Origin: Acidimicrobiia bacterium
GTDB lineage: Bacteria > Actinomycetota > Acidimicrobiia > Spongiisociales > ZC4RG35
NCBI GenBank assembly: GCA_003230435.1
Contig: QIDW01000288.1
Span: forward strand, 1-39,783
Length of the DNA: 39,783 bases
Direction of reading: 5' to 3'
This document shows, one piece after another, positions 1 to 8,700 of the stretch (position 1 is its first letter; every line of letters begins with the position of its first letter). A model generated the notes under the pieces. It had not been told where the DNA came from and made no database searches. It saw only the letters and a list, made by a program, of their open reading frames with translations. Position numbers and translations under genes: made by a program.

Positions 1-707
1 ACAAAGTCGGCTAGCTCGAGTGGTCCCATTGGATGGTTGGCTCCGAGACGCATGCCTGTGTCAATGTCCTCTTTGGTCGCCACGCCGGTTTCGTACATCC
101 GAACCGCTCCTAGCAAGAACGGGATCAGGAGCATGTTGACCACAAAGCCGGCCCGGTCCTTGGCGCGGATCACGGTCTTTCCAACATTCTCGGCGTATGC
201 CTGAGCCCGGTTCTCCACTTCGGGGTCTGACATCACCGTTGTCACCAACTCGACCAGCGCCATAACCGGCACCGGGTTGAAGAAGTGCAAGCCAACGACA
301 TGATCGGGGCGGCTGGTTGCCGAGGCGATCCTTGTGATAGGGATTGAGGATGTGTTGGAAGCGAGGATGGCATTCGAGTCGGTGACGATCTCGTCGAGGT
401 TGGTGAAGATCCGCTTCTTCAAGTCTTCGTTCTCGGTGGCGGCTTCAACCACGAGTTGGCGGTCGGCCTGATCGGTCAGGTCGGTGGAAAGCGCGATTCT
501 GCTGAGGATCTCGCTCCGTCCTTTCTGATCGAGTTTTCCCCGCTCTACTGCTCTGTCCAGGGAATTCTCGATACGACCGATGGCGGCCTCGGCGGCCTCG
601 GCGTTGATCTCGTGAACGATGATCTCGCTACCGGCTCGGGCACACACTTCGGCGATTCCGGATCCCATGAGACCCCCACCGATAACACCCACACGTTCGA
701 TCGACAT
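1..707 (-). CDS. 3-hydroxyacyl-CoA / 3-hydroxybutyryl-CoA dehydrogenase (5' part only; the gene runs off the left edge)
   Basis: Absent from the ORF track because it has no stop in the window. My reverse-complement translation from the ATG at 707-705 reads MSIERVGVIGGGLMGSGIAEVCARAG (GxGxxG Rossmann motif), ASNTSSIPI, and GLHFFNPVPVMALVELV. These are typical NAD-dependent 3-hydroxyacyl-CoA dehydrogenase motifs. Confidence 0.85.
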   Translation of the reverse strand, partial: MSIERVGVIGGGLMGSGIAEVCARAGSEIIVHEINAEAAEAAIGRIENSLDRAVERGKLDQKGRSEILSRIALSTDLTDQADRQLVVEAATENEDLKKRIFTNLDEIVTDSNAILASNTSSIPITRIASATSRPDHVVGLHFFNPVPVMALVELVTTVMSDPEVENRAQAYAENVGKTVIRAKDRAGFVVNMLLIPFLLGAVRMYETGVATKEDIDTGMRLGANHPMGPLELADF

Positions 708-743
708 GCAATGGACTCCTCGTTGGTTTGGAGGTCATCATGG

Positions 744-756
744 TGTGAGGCTCACA
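744..756. promoter_or_regulatory. Inverted repeat TGTGAG-G-CTCACA in the divergent dehydrogenase/leuS intergenic region (candidate operator)
   Basis: A perfect 6-1-6 palindrome read directly at 744-756. It lies between the minus-strand start at 707 and the leuS start at 810. Confidence 0.35.
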
Positions 757-809
757 GGTTTGCCACTTCGCGGCCAAGGCCGGCATCGGGGTTACCCTCC
801 CGGCTTCAG

Positions 810-3230
810 ATGTCCTACGACCACAAATCCATCGAACTCAAGTGGCAGGAGCGGTGGGAGGCCGAGAAGGTCTTCCAGGTCACAGAAGACGCCTCCAAGC
901 CGAAGTTCTACAACGTCTGCATGTATCCATATCCGTCGGGTGCAATCCACCAGGGTCATGTCAGGAACTACACATACGGTGACCTGCTGACCCGATACAA
1001 GACGATGCAGGGCTTCAACGTCCTCTCGCCGATGGGCTGGGACAGTTTTGGGCTTCCCGCGGAGAACGCCGCAATCGACAGCGGCATTCATCCCAAGATC
1101 AACACCGAGAATCAGATCTCGACGATGTCGACTCAGATCAAGCAGCTTGGATCGATGTACGACTGGAATCGAGAATTCGCATCACATCAGCCCGACTTCT
1201 ATCGCTGGGATCAGTGGTTGTTCCTCGAGCTGTACGAGCGTGGTCTGGCTTACAAGGCCGAGGCGCCCGTCAACTGGTGTCCAAAGGATCAGACAGTGCT
1301 CGCCAACGAGCAGGTAATCGACGGACTCTGCGAGCGTTGCGACACACCGGTCGTCAAGAAGAATCTTGCGCAGTGGTTCTTCAAGATCACTGACTATGCG
1401 GATCGACTGCTCGACGACATCGACAAGTTGGAGCACTGGCCCGACCGCGTCCGCACGATGCAGCGAAACTGGATTGGCCGCTCCGAGGGAGCAGCTTTCA
1501 CTATCAACGTCGACGGAAATGGCTCCTTCGACGTCTTCACGACAAGACCCGACACCGTTTTCGGAATGACCTTCTGCGTACTCGCTCCGGAGCATCCGTT
1601 GGTGGAGTCCCTCATTGCTGGTTCCGAGACCGAGACCGAGGCCAGGGAGTACATCGCTGCATCACAGCGACAGTCCGACATCGAGCGAATGGCTGAGGGT
1701 GACAAGACCGGTGTCTTCACGGGTGCCTTCGCCACTAACCCGGCCAACGGAATCAAGGTGCCGATCTACATCGCCGGCTATGTGCTGATGGGGTATGGGA
1801 CCGGAGCGATCATGGCTGTGCCAGGTCAGGACCAGCGTGACTGGGAGTTCGCCACCAAATACGAGATCGAGATCATCCGCACGGTGCAACCACCGGACGA
1901 GTGGGACGGCGAGGCCTATCTCGATGACGGCCCCACCATCAACTCAGACTTCCTCGACGGCCTCAACCAGATCGAGGCGAAGAGACGGATCATTGACTGG
2001 ATGGACGAAGAGGGGATCGGCGAGGCCACTATTCAGTATCGACTCCGTGACTGGCTGATCTCTCGCCAGCGTTACTGGGGAAGTCCCATTCCAATGGTCA
2101 ACTGCGAAACGTGCGGCCTTGCGCCGGTTCCGAGAGAAGAGCTTCCCGTGCTCCTCCCCTTCATCGATGATTACGTCCCCGAAGGGAAGTCACCGTTGGC
2201 GGCCGATGACGATTTCGTCAACACCACTTGCCCGAGTTGTGACGAGCCGGCGACCCGAGAGACCGACACGATGGACACATTCGTCGACTCCTCCTGGTAC
2301 TACTTCCGATACGCCGATCCTCACAACGGCGAAGCCATTTTCGACCCGGCCAAGCCGGCCTATTGGATGCCCATCGACCAGTACATCGGCGGCATCGAGC
2401 ACGCTGTCCTCCATCTACTCTACGCCCGGTTCATCACCAAAGTTCTGTTCGATATGGGCCTGTCCACGGTTGAGGAGCCTTTCACACGACTGTTCACCCA
2501 GGGGATGATCACCCTCGACGGCGCCAAGATGTCCAAGTCGAAGGGCAATGTGGTCGATCCGGTCGATCTCTTTGCCTCCCACGGTGCAGACTCATTGCGA
2601 CTCTTCCACCTTTTCATGGGCCCCCCCACCGACGACGCCGCCTGGAACCCGAATGGCGTCGACGGGACCCGCCGTTTCCTCGAACGAGTCTGGAAGCTCG
2701 GTTGGGGTGAGGTGGCGTTCGTTGATCGAGAGGAATCCGACGTGGATCGGGAGATTCTCGGCACAGCCCATCGCACCGTGCGCAAGGTGACGGATGACAT
2801 CGAGCGCTTCCACTTCAACACCGCCATCCCAGCTTTGATGATCCTCGCAAACAAGTTGTCTGACTACGCAGCAGATGAGCCCCGGCAGGAGACATATGAC
2901 GAGGCGATCCGGCTCATGCTGTTGTTGCTGTCGCCGATGGCACCGCACATCGCACACGAGCTGTGGGAAATGCGGGGCTACGACACGATGCTCGCCCTGG
3001 AGCCATGGCCCACTTGGGATGAGCAACTGGTCCTCGAGGAGACGGTGACGATGATCGTCCAGGTCAACGGCAAGGTGCGTGCCCGGGTCGAGGTGGCGAC
3101 CGGTATCACCGCCGCGGAAGCAGAGGAGCATGCTTTGGGTCTGGAGAAGATTCGGGGCTGGATCGACGGTCACGAAGTACGCAAGGTGATCGTTCGTCAG
3201 CCAAACCTGGTCAATATCGTCATCGGGTGA
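810..3230 (+). CDS. leuS: Leucine--tRNA ligase
   Basis: ORF 456..3230. The conserved protein begins at the internal ATG at 810 (MSYDHKSIELKWQERW). It has the HIGH-type motif PYPSGAIHQGHVRNY and the KMSKS motif. The upstream in-frame extension is antisense to the dehydrogenase gene. Confidence 0.95.
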   Translation: MSYDHKSIELKWQERWEAEKVFQVTEDASKPKFYNVCMYPYPSGAIHQGHVRNYTYGDLLTRYKTMQGFNVLSPMGWDSFGLPAENAAIDSGIHPKINTENQISTMSTQIKQLGSMYDWNREFASHQPDFYRWDQWLFLELYERGLAYKAEAPVNWCPKDQTVLANEQVIDGLCERCDTPVVKKNLAQWFFKITDYADRLLDDIDKLEHWPDRVRTMQRNWIGRSEGAAFTINVDGNGSFDVFTTRPDTVFGMTFCVLAPEHPLVESLIAGSETETEAREYIAASQRQSDIERMAEGDKTGVFTGAFATNPANGIKVPIYIAGYVLMGYGTGAIMAVPGQDQRDWEFATKYEIEIIRTVQPPDEWDGEAYLDDGPTINSDFLDGLNQIEAKRRIIDWMDEEGIGEATIQYRLRDWLISRQRYWGSPIPMVNCETCGLAPVPREELPVLLPFIDDYVPEGKSPLAADDDFVNTTCPSCDEPATRETDTMDTFVDSSWYYFRYADPHNGEAIFDPAKPAYWMPIDQYIGGIEHAVLHLLYARFITKVLFDMGLSTVEEPFTRLFTQGMITLDGAKMSKSKGNVVDPVDLFASHGADSLRLFHLFMGPPTDDAAWNPNGVDGTRRFLERVWKLGWGEVAFVDREESDVDREILGTAHRTVRKVTDDIERFHFNTAIPALMILANKLSDYAADEPRQETYDEAIRLMLLLLSPMAPHIAHELWEMRGYDTMLALEPWPTWDEQLVLEETVTMIVQVNGKVRARVEVATGITAAEAEEHALGLEKIRGWIDGHEVRKVIVRQPNLVNIVIG

Positions 3231-3619
3231 ACGCAGGGCGCGTCCTCAGGGAATCAGGTGTGGATACCGACGAGCTGAGGGCTCTCGTCCATCCGGTGCA
3301 GCCTGAGCAAGTGTGGCTGAGATCTGCTTCTCCGTTCATGATGAGGATCTGGGGCTCCGGCATACAGGCCTTGACCGTTCGTCGGTGGATCTTTGTCGAT
3401 CCGAGGGCTCTCAATGGGGATAGGGCGAAACTCGGCATTCTCATCATCCACGAATTGGTCCATGTCCGCCAATGGTCTGATCTCGGCGTTCCCGGCTTCC
3501 TCTGGCGCTATTTGGCGGATTACCTGCGCGGAAGACGCGCCGGTCTGACCCACCGTGACTCCTACCTGGCTATCGATCTCGAGGTGGAGGCACGTGAGAT
3601 TCAGGCACGCTTTCAGTAG
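3227..3619 (+). CDS. Small HExxH zincin-like protein (DUF4157-like pattern)
   Basis: 130-aa ORF. The GTG start overlaps the leuS stop (GTGA). The motif GILIIHELVHVRQW is preceded by ALTVRRWIFVDP, which resembles the DUF4157 metallopeptidase-like signature. The exact start is uncertain (internal MM at about 3338). Confidence 0.55.
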   Translation: MNAGRVLRESGVDTDELRALVHPVQPEQVWLRSASPFMMRIWGSGIQALTVRRWIFVDPRALNGDRAKLGILIIHELVHVRQWSDLGVPGFLWRYLADYLRGRRAGLTHRDSYLAIDLEVEAREIQARFQ

Positions 3620-3674
3620 GAACGCTGTCGAGAGGGTTCACATGGGCGGTCGGCTCGGCTAGTTAGACGAGTAT

Positions 3675-4229
3675 GTGGGTGGAGTGGGGAGGCGGTCAGT
3701 GAGCCGTGCCGGGGTTGCAGCGGCTGTCGTCGGGACGGCAGTGTTGATTGGTGGGTCACTCGGCTCGCTTGATCGCCCGCAGGCAACAGTCGGCAGCACC
3801 GAGCCAAACGTCGAGACCGCCACGGCGAGCATCGACGTCCATGTCGCGGGGTGGGTGCTCTCGCCAGGGGTAGTTCGCATGGCGCCAGAGTCGATTGTCG
3901 CCGACGCCATCGAGGCGGCCGGCGGTCTTCGTCCTGGGGCGCTGGTTGATCGGATCAACCTCGCCGCCCCGCTCCGCTCAGGTGATCAGATCCTCGTTCC
4001 CGGTCCCGACGCCATGGCCGAGTCATCCGCAGGCGGGCCCCTTGCTCTCAACCGGGCGTCGGCGAAAGATCTCGAGGAACTTCCCGGCGTCGGACCGGTG
4101 CTAGCCGAGCGGATCGTTGCCTACCGGGAGCAGAACGGTCCTTTCATAGAGATAGAGGATTTGCTTCAGGTGGGCGGAATAGGTGAAGCGAAGCTGGCTT
4201 CGATTCGTGATCTGGTCCGTGTCCCTTGA
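3675..4229 (+). CDS. comEA: ComEA-type competence protein (membrane anchor, SLBB-like region, C-terminal helix-hairpin-helix DNA-binding domain)
   Basis: The C-terminus LNRASAKDLEELPGVGPVLAERIVAYREQNGPFIEIEDLLQVGGIGEAKL is a classic tandem HhH. There is an N-terminal hydrophobic anchor, and comEC follows. Confidence 0.88.
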   Translation: MGGVGRRSVSRAGVAAAVVGTAVLIGGSLGSLDRPQATVGSTEPNVETATASIDVHVAGWVLSPGVVRMAPESIVADAIEAAGGLRPGALVDRINLAAPLRSGDQILVPGPDAMAESSAGGPLALNRASAKDLEELPGVGPVLAERIVAYREQNGPFIEIEDLLQVGGIGEAKLASIRDLVRVP

Positions 4230-6190
4230 AATCTGACCATCCGGCCCTGCCGCCTCCAGTGTCTCGTCCCTGGATAGCAGTAGCGATCGCCACGTGGATG
4301 ATCACGACGGTGATCGCACAGAATTCGACGCTTGAGCCCCTCGATCCGGGACCCGTCTCGGGTGTTGCGGTGCTGGCCAGTGATCCGGTCGAAGGTCGAT
4401 TTGGGTACTGGGTGGTGGCCGTGACCGAAGATGGCGCGCTTCTTTTCGACATCGACAGCTTCGGTGGATTCGGTCGAGGTGACACGGTCAGCTTCGAAGG
4501 GATGAGTCGGGGGGATCCGGGTCGACGGGGGGTTTACGAGTATCGGGCCCGGGTAAGGGTCACATCGATCTCGCTGGTCTCCGCATCATCCTCGATACCG
4601 TTACGTCTGGGCGACGCCCTACGAAACCGGGTCATGTCCGCTTTGGAGCCGTTCGACGCGGGCCGTGGTCTTCTCGCCGGGTTTCTCATCGGCGACACGT
4701 CCGGGATTGGCGCGCCAGACATCGAGGCGATGCGCCTCGCCGGGTTATCTCATTTTGTCGCAGTCAGCGGGTCAAACGTGGCTCTCTTTCTCGGACTGCT
4801 CGTGTTTGCCGCAGGCCCTCTGGCCCTCGGGCCCAAAAGGCGCGCCCTGGTTGGCTTGATTGGTCTGCCTATCTACGCCGCAGCAACTCGCTTCGAGCCC
4901 TCGGTCATGCGGGCTTCGGTAATGGCTGCAATTGCCCTGGGAGGACGTCTCTTCGGGATCGTTTTGGAAGCTTGGCAACTGCTCTCCCTTGCCGTGATCG
5001 TCCTACTCGTGCTGGATCCTCGACTAACCAGCAGTGCCGGTTTTCAGCTCTCCGTGGCAGCGACTGCCGGAGTGCTCGTTGGGGCGCGATGGCCTTTGAG
5101 TGGTGGCAGGGTGGCTCGAGCCTTGGCTATCACAGTCGGGGCTCAGATCGCCGTGGCCCCTCTCCTCCTCATCCACTTCGGCTCGGTTCCGATGATGTCA
5201 CCACTGGTCAATCTGGTTGCAGCTCCAATCGTCGCTGCTTCGACCTTGATCGGGGCCGTCGGTGTGGCTGGTCCGTCGTTTCTGCTCCACATCGCAGCCT
5301 GGTTGGCCGATCTCGTTCTTCTGTTGGCGAGAGGAGCTGCGATATGGCCACAGCTCGAACCGGTCCCTCTTCTGGTGATCCTTCTGGCAGGGGTTGTCAC
5401 GGTTCGCTTTCCAAGGAGCCGATCGCTGGTCGCCGTTGGCGGTGCAGGGATCGTCGTGGTCCTGGTCCTGGGTGGAGGCTCGCCAGTGCCTGACCCCGGT
5501 GTGATCGTCCTCGATGTCGGCCAGGGCGACGCCATCCTGATTCACGGTGGAGATGACACATACGCCCTTGTCGATGGCGGCCCAGATGCCCTTATTCTTG
5601 CGAACCGGTTGCGCAAGTACGGAGTAGACCGACTTGACCTTGTGGTTCTGACGCACCTCCATGCCGACCACATCGCTGGACTCAGCGGCTTGGTAGGCAA
5701 AGTCTCGCTGGGGCAGGTCTGGATTCGAACCGATCCCCACGTGAGCGCAGAATTGGAGAGGCTGACATCGGCCCTCCGTGACTACGGCGTGCCAGTCGTC
5801 GAACCCCAGGTCGGCGACACGTTTCGCCTGGGGTCCTTGAGGTTGGTGGTGGAGGGGCCTCTGCGAAAGTATGCGTCACCCAACGACCAGTCGCTTGTTC
5901 TCACGGTCCGCGGGTCGGAGCGGACCATGCTTCTTGCGGGTGACATCGAAACGTTGGCACAGGGCGAGCTCTCCTATCTCAGGGCGGATGTGCTCAAGGT
6001 CCCGCACCAGGGCGCTGGGACTTCGGACCCCGAATGGTTGGAGGAGGTGGGTGCCGATCTGGCCGTGATATCCGTTGGGCCCAATCAGTTCGGGCACCCG
6101 GTGGGATGGGTGATAGAGGTCCTCGAAGGGTCGGGAGCCGAAGTGGTGAGAACCGACGAAGTGGGAGACGTTGTGGTTCCCCTCTCCTAA
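4226..6190 (+). CDS. comEC: ComEC/Rec2 DNA internalisation channel with C-terminal metallo-beta-lactamase domain
   Basis: 654 aa with a polytopic membrane core. The C-terminal part reads VLDVGQGDAILI ... LTHLHADHIAGL ... LKVPHQGA (MBL fold). The TTG start overlaps the comEA stop (TTGA). Confidence 0.9.
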   Translation: MKSDHPALPPPVSRPWIAVAIATWMITTVIAQNSTLEPLDPGPVSGVAVLASDPVEGRFGYWVVAVTEDGALLFDIDSFGGFGRGDTVSFEGMSRGDPGRRGVYEYRARVRVTSISLVSASSSIPLRLGDALRNRVMSALEPFDAGRGLLAGFLIGDTSGIGAPDIEAMRLAGLSHFVAVSGSNVALFLGLLVFAAGPLALGPKRRALVGLIGLPIYAAATRFEPSVMRASVMAAIALGGRLFGIVLEAWQLLSLAVIVLLVLDPRLTSSAGFQLSVAATAGVLVGARWPLSGGRVARALAITVGAQIAVAPLLLIHFGSVPMMSPLVNLVAAPIVAASTLIGAVGVAGPSFLLHIAAWLADLVLLLARGAAIWPQLEPVPLLVILLAGVVTVRFPRSRSLVAVGGAGIVVVLVLGGGSPVPDPGVIVLDVGQGDAILIHGGDDTYALVDGGPDALILANRLRKYGVDRLDLVVLTHLHADHIAGLSGLVGKVSLGQVWIRTDPHVSAELERLTSALRDYGVPVVEPQVGDTFRLGSLRLVVEGPLRKYASPNDQSLVLTVRGSERTMLLAGDIETLAQGELSYLRADVLKVPHQGAGTSDPEWLEEVGADLAVISVGPNQFGHPVGWVIEVLEGSGAEVVRTDEVGDVVVPLS

Positions 6191-6199
6191 TCTCGGTCC

Positions 6200-7015
6200 A
6201 TGGGCGATGTGCTGACCCTGGGCGACGCAGAACTCCCTCTCGGTGAGGTGACTTACGTGATGGGCGTCATAAATGTCTCTCCCGACTCGAAGAACACCCA
6301 CACTGTTGCCCACTCGATTGATGACGCTCTTCTCATGGCCGACCGCTACCGGACGTGGGGAGCGACACTCATCGACCTCGGAGGCCAGTCGTCACATTTT
6401 GACAATCCGACCATCGAGGCCGCGGACGAGATTTCGAGAACGGTGCCTGTCATCGAGGCCATGGTTGCTGAAGGGCATCTTGTCGCTATTGACACCTGGA
6501 AACCCGAAGTCGCAGAGGTCGCGGTTGCGGCCGGAGCCGTCATCATCAACGACACTGGCGGCCTGGCCGATCCGGCGATGAAGAAAGTGGTGGCCTCGAC
6601 AGGGGCGGCGGTAATCGCCGTTCACATAGAAGGCGCAAACCCACACGACGTCTCAAGCGTCGAGATTCGGAAGGACAAAGCCGAGCACACAGCCGAGCAG
6701 TTCCGTCAGCTTCTTTCCGAGCTCGAGTCGGTTGGTATCGACAACGTGATTATCGACCCCGGGATCGCTCTCAACTATCGGGGCGACTACGAGTCCTACA
6801 CCCAGATGCAGCTAGCTGTGATTGCCCAGTCGGAGCACTTCCACGTGCTCGGCAAACCTGTGCTGATACCCATTCCCCGCAAGAGGGATGGCCACAGGGT
6901 GGCGGCCTACATTGCTCTCGCCCTGGAGCATCGCGCCGACATCATCAGGGTTCACGATGTCGCCATGGCGTGCGACCTCGCGCGGCTTTTTGGTCGTAGC
7001 CAACCGCTACCTTGA
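6200..7015 (+). CDS. Dihydropteroate synthase-like pterin-binding protein
   Basis: Motifs VMGVINVSPDS, LIDLGGQSS, VAIDTWKPEV..AGAVIINDTGG, IIDPGI and IIRVHDV follow the DHPS (Pterin_bind) motif order. No other folate genes are adjacent. Confidence 0.7.
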   Translation: MGDVLTLGDAELPLGEVTYVMGVINVSPDSKNTHTVAHSIDDALLMADRYRTWGATLIDLGGQSSHFDNPTIEAADEISRTVPVIEAMVAEGHLVAIDTWKPEVAEVAVAAGAVIINDTGGLADPAMKKVVASTGAAVIAVHIEGANPHDVSSVEIRKDKAEHTAEQFRQLLSELESVGIDNVIIDPGIALNYRGDYESYTQMQLAVIAQSEHFHVLGKPVLIPIPRKRDGHRVAAYIALALEHRADIIRVHDVAMACDLARLFGRSQPLP

Positions 7016-7019
7016 GACC

Positions 7020-8003
7020 GTGTCACTTCTGATCGTCGCAGGTCCTTCCAACGCCGGCCCCGGTGAACGCGAGCAGATGCTCGTGGCAGCCACTGCGCAC
7101 TTTGTCGGGAAAGGGCTCAACCGTGATGACGTGGTGCGTATCGACGTGCCGGGGCGAGGTGCCGGCGAATCCGGAGACGGTGCAGTGCGTTCCGAGCTCG
7201 AGCCGATGATTCCCCTTCTTCAATCGGGGTCGTTGTTCGGTGAAGCTCAGGGTCTGGAACTGATGGACGCCCAGAATCTCCAGAAGGCTGAAGTGGAGAC
7301 GCTCGTCGAGTTGCTCGAAAGTGCCGATCTCGGGCTGGCAGAGGTTGTGCTGGTGGCATCAGGCTCCGTCGGTAAGCGTCTCACGGACCTGGCCAAAAAG
7401 CGCGGAGCCACCGTATCGATCCGCAAGATGTGGGAGCGTCAGGCGGCGCAATGGCTCGACACCGAGGTGAGGAAGCGTGAACTCACCCTGGAGACGGGTG
7501 CCGCTGATGCCCTCCTTCAGAGGTTCGGGAGCGATACCGCCAGCATGGGAAAGGCGCTGGATCAACTAGGGGAAACTCAGGGCAAGATCACCGCTGCTTT
7601 GATTCTCGATCGTTTCAAGAACCGGCCCGATGAGCCCACATGGCATATCACAGACGCCATTGGCAGGGGCGATGTCGGGCTGGCACTGCGTCGTCTCTCC
7701 GACTTCCTGGTTCACGGGCATCCACTTGTTTTTCTGGCGTCGCTGGAAAGTGATCTCAAGAAGCGGTCGTTGGCGGCGGCTGCCCCCGACGAGGCCACCT
7801 TCAAGGAGTGGGTTGGGGCCAGGAGCTCCGATCGTCAGCTTTCCCGGCTTTGGTCTCAGCGAGGGAGAGTGCGAGAGTCGTCACTTCGCCGGGCCCAAGA
7901 GGCTTTGGTAAGAGCCGATCGTACGATGAAAACCATGCCCGAAGAGGTTCATCGAGTGACCCTGGAGCGTCTCACCGTCGCCATGTGCCGCTGGTACGGG
8001 TGA
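7020..8003 (+). CDS. holA: DNA polymerase III subunit delta
   Basis: ORF 6888..8003. I place the start at the GTG at 7020, just after the previous stop. The pattern SGSLFGEAQGLELMDAQNL..VLVASGSVGKRL..GATVSIRK...AADALLQRFGSDTASMGKALDQL is typical of HolA. The position between comEC and rpsT matches conserved synteny. Confidence 0.8.
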   Translation: MSLLIVAGPSNAGPGEREQMLVAATAHFVGKGLNRDDVVRIDVPGRGAGESGDGAVRSELEPMIPLLQSGSLFGEAQGLELMDAQNLQKAEVETLVELLESADLGLAEVVLVASGSVGKRLTDLAKKRGATVSIRKMWERQAAQWLDTEVRKRELTLETGAADALLQRFGSDTASMGKALDQLGETQGKITAALILDRFKNRPDEPTWHITDAIGRGDVGLALRRLSDFLVHGHPLVFLASLESDLKKRSLAAAAPDEATFKEWVGARSSDRQLSRLWSQRGRVRESSLRRAQEALVRADRTMKTMPEEVHRVTLERLTVAMCRWYG

Positions 8004-8027
8004 CAGGACCCAGCTCAGGGAATCGGG

Positions 8028-8426
8028 TCACAGCCGGAGTTCGAGAAAGCCGGCCGCCGAGAAGTCGCCGTCAAACGCCAAGACGGAGTCGATTCGTGAG
8101 ACGGACATGACCTGGAAGCTGGTGGCGTCGACAAACGAGTATTCCCGCTCGTCGTGACGGCGGAGCCATCTCAGTGCCTGATCCTCGAGGCGTTCGGTCA
8201 CATGTTCGACCGCCAGTCTCTCAGATCTCCCGATCACGTCGAGAAAGGCAATGGCCGAGCCGTGTCCGGCACGACGCCGTAGGAACGTCCATGTCTCGCC
8301 GATCACATGATTTGTCGTGAGCATCGACGGCAAGTCGGGGTCTGCGAGCAATGTCCGGGCCTCTTCGTGACGGTGGTCGCGACGGTTGCGGACAGCGACC
8401 CAAAAGGAGGTGTCAACGAAGATCAC
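8028..8426 (-). CDS. vapC: PIN-domain toxin VapC
   Basis: MIFVDTSFWVA (first acidic residue), GETW, FVDATS and FDGDF form the PIN acidic quartet pattern. The GTG start overlaps the vapB stop (GTGA). Confidence 0.88.
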   Translation of the reverse strand: MIFVDTSFWVAVRNRRDHRHEEARTLLADPDLPSMLTTNHVIGETWTFLRRRAGHGSAIAFLDVIGRSERLAVEHVTERLEDQALRWLRRHDEREYSFVDATSFQVMSVSRIDSVLAFDGDFSAAGFLELRL

Positions 8427-8632
8427 CTGTAGACAACGTCGTCGATGGGTGAGGGATCGAAATCGTCGATGCCAACCATCTCGGTCAGTGCGTCGGTGCC
8501 ATCCTCCGGAGTGCCGAGGTGGAGACGAACATACCGGCGGATGAGAGCAGCTTTCGACGTGCCCTGTTGTTTGGCTTCAAGCCCCAAAGCGTCGTCGAGA
8601 TCTTCCTCGATCATTATCTGAAGACGTTTCAT
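8423..8632 (-). CDS. vapB: Ribbon-helix-helix antitoxin VapB
   Basis: 69 aa. MKRLQIMIEEDLDDALGLEAKQQGTSKAALIRRYV looks like a CopG/RHH N-terminus, and the tail is acidic. It lies immediately upstream of the PIN toxin. Confidence 0.8.
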   Translation of the reverse strand: MKRLQIMIEEDLDDALGLEAKQQGTSKAALIRRYVRLHLGTPEDGTDALTEMVGIDDFDPSPIDDVVYR

Positions 8633-8642
8633 GTCTTCAGCT

Positions 8643-8669
8643 TACATCACAAGCGTTACAGCTACATCA
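8643..8669 (-). promoter_or_regulatory. Direct repeats TACATCA x2 (20-bp register) upstream of vapB; candidate VapB operator/promoter
   Basis: TACATCA occurs at 8643-8649 and 8663-8669, with a partial TTACA at 8655-8659. The repeats start 10 nt upstream of the vapB ATG. On the coding strand this reads TTGCTG-18 nt-TGATGTAAG close to the ATG, so the leader may be very short. Confidence 0.4.
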
Positions 8670-8700
8670 GCAACGGGGGGAAGAAGGTGTCTGGGACGCG

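Noticed and set aside
456-809. In-frame 118-codon N-terminal extension of the leuS ORF, plus the small ORFs at 619..990 and 792..1091
   Set aside because: The extension is antisense to the clearly coding 3-hydroxyacyl-CoA dehydrogenase gene. The conserved LeuRS sequence starts at the ATG at 810. Long open frames of this kind are expected in GC-rich DNA.
6888-7019. Upstream 44 codons of the holA track ORF, which overlap the DHPS-like gene
   Set aside because: This part overlaps the 3' end of the DHPS-like CDS in another frame. The GTG at 7020 gives a normal-length HolA that starts right after the previous stop.
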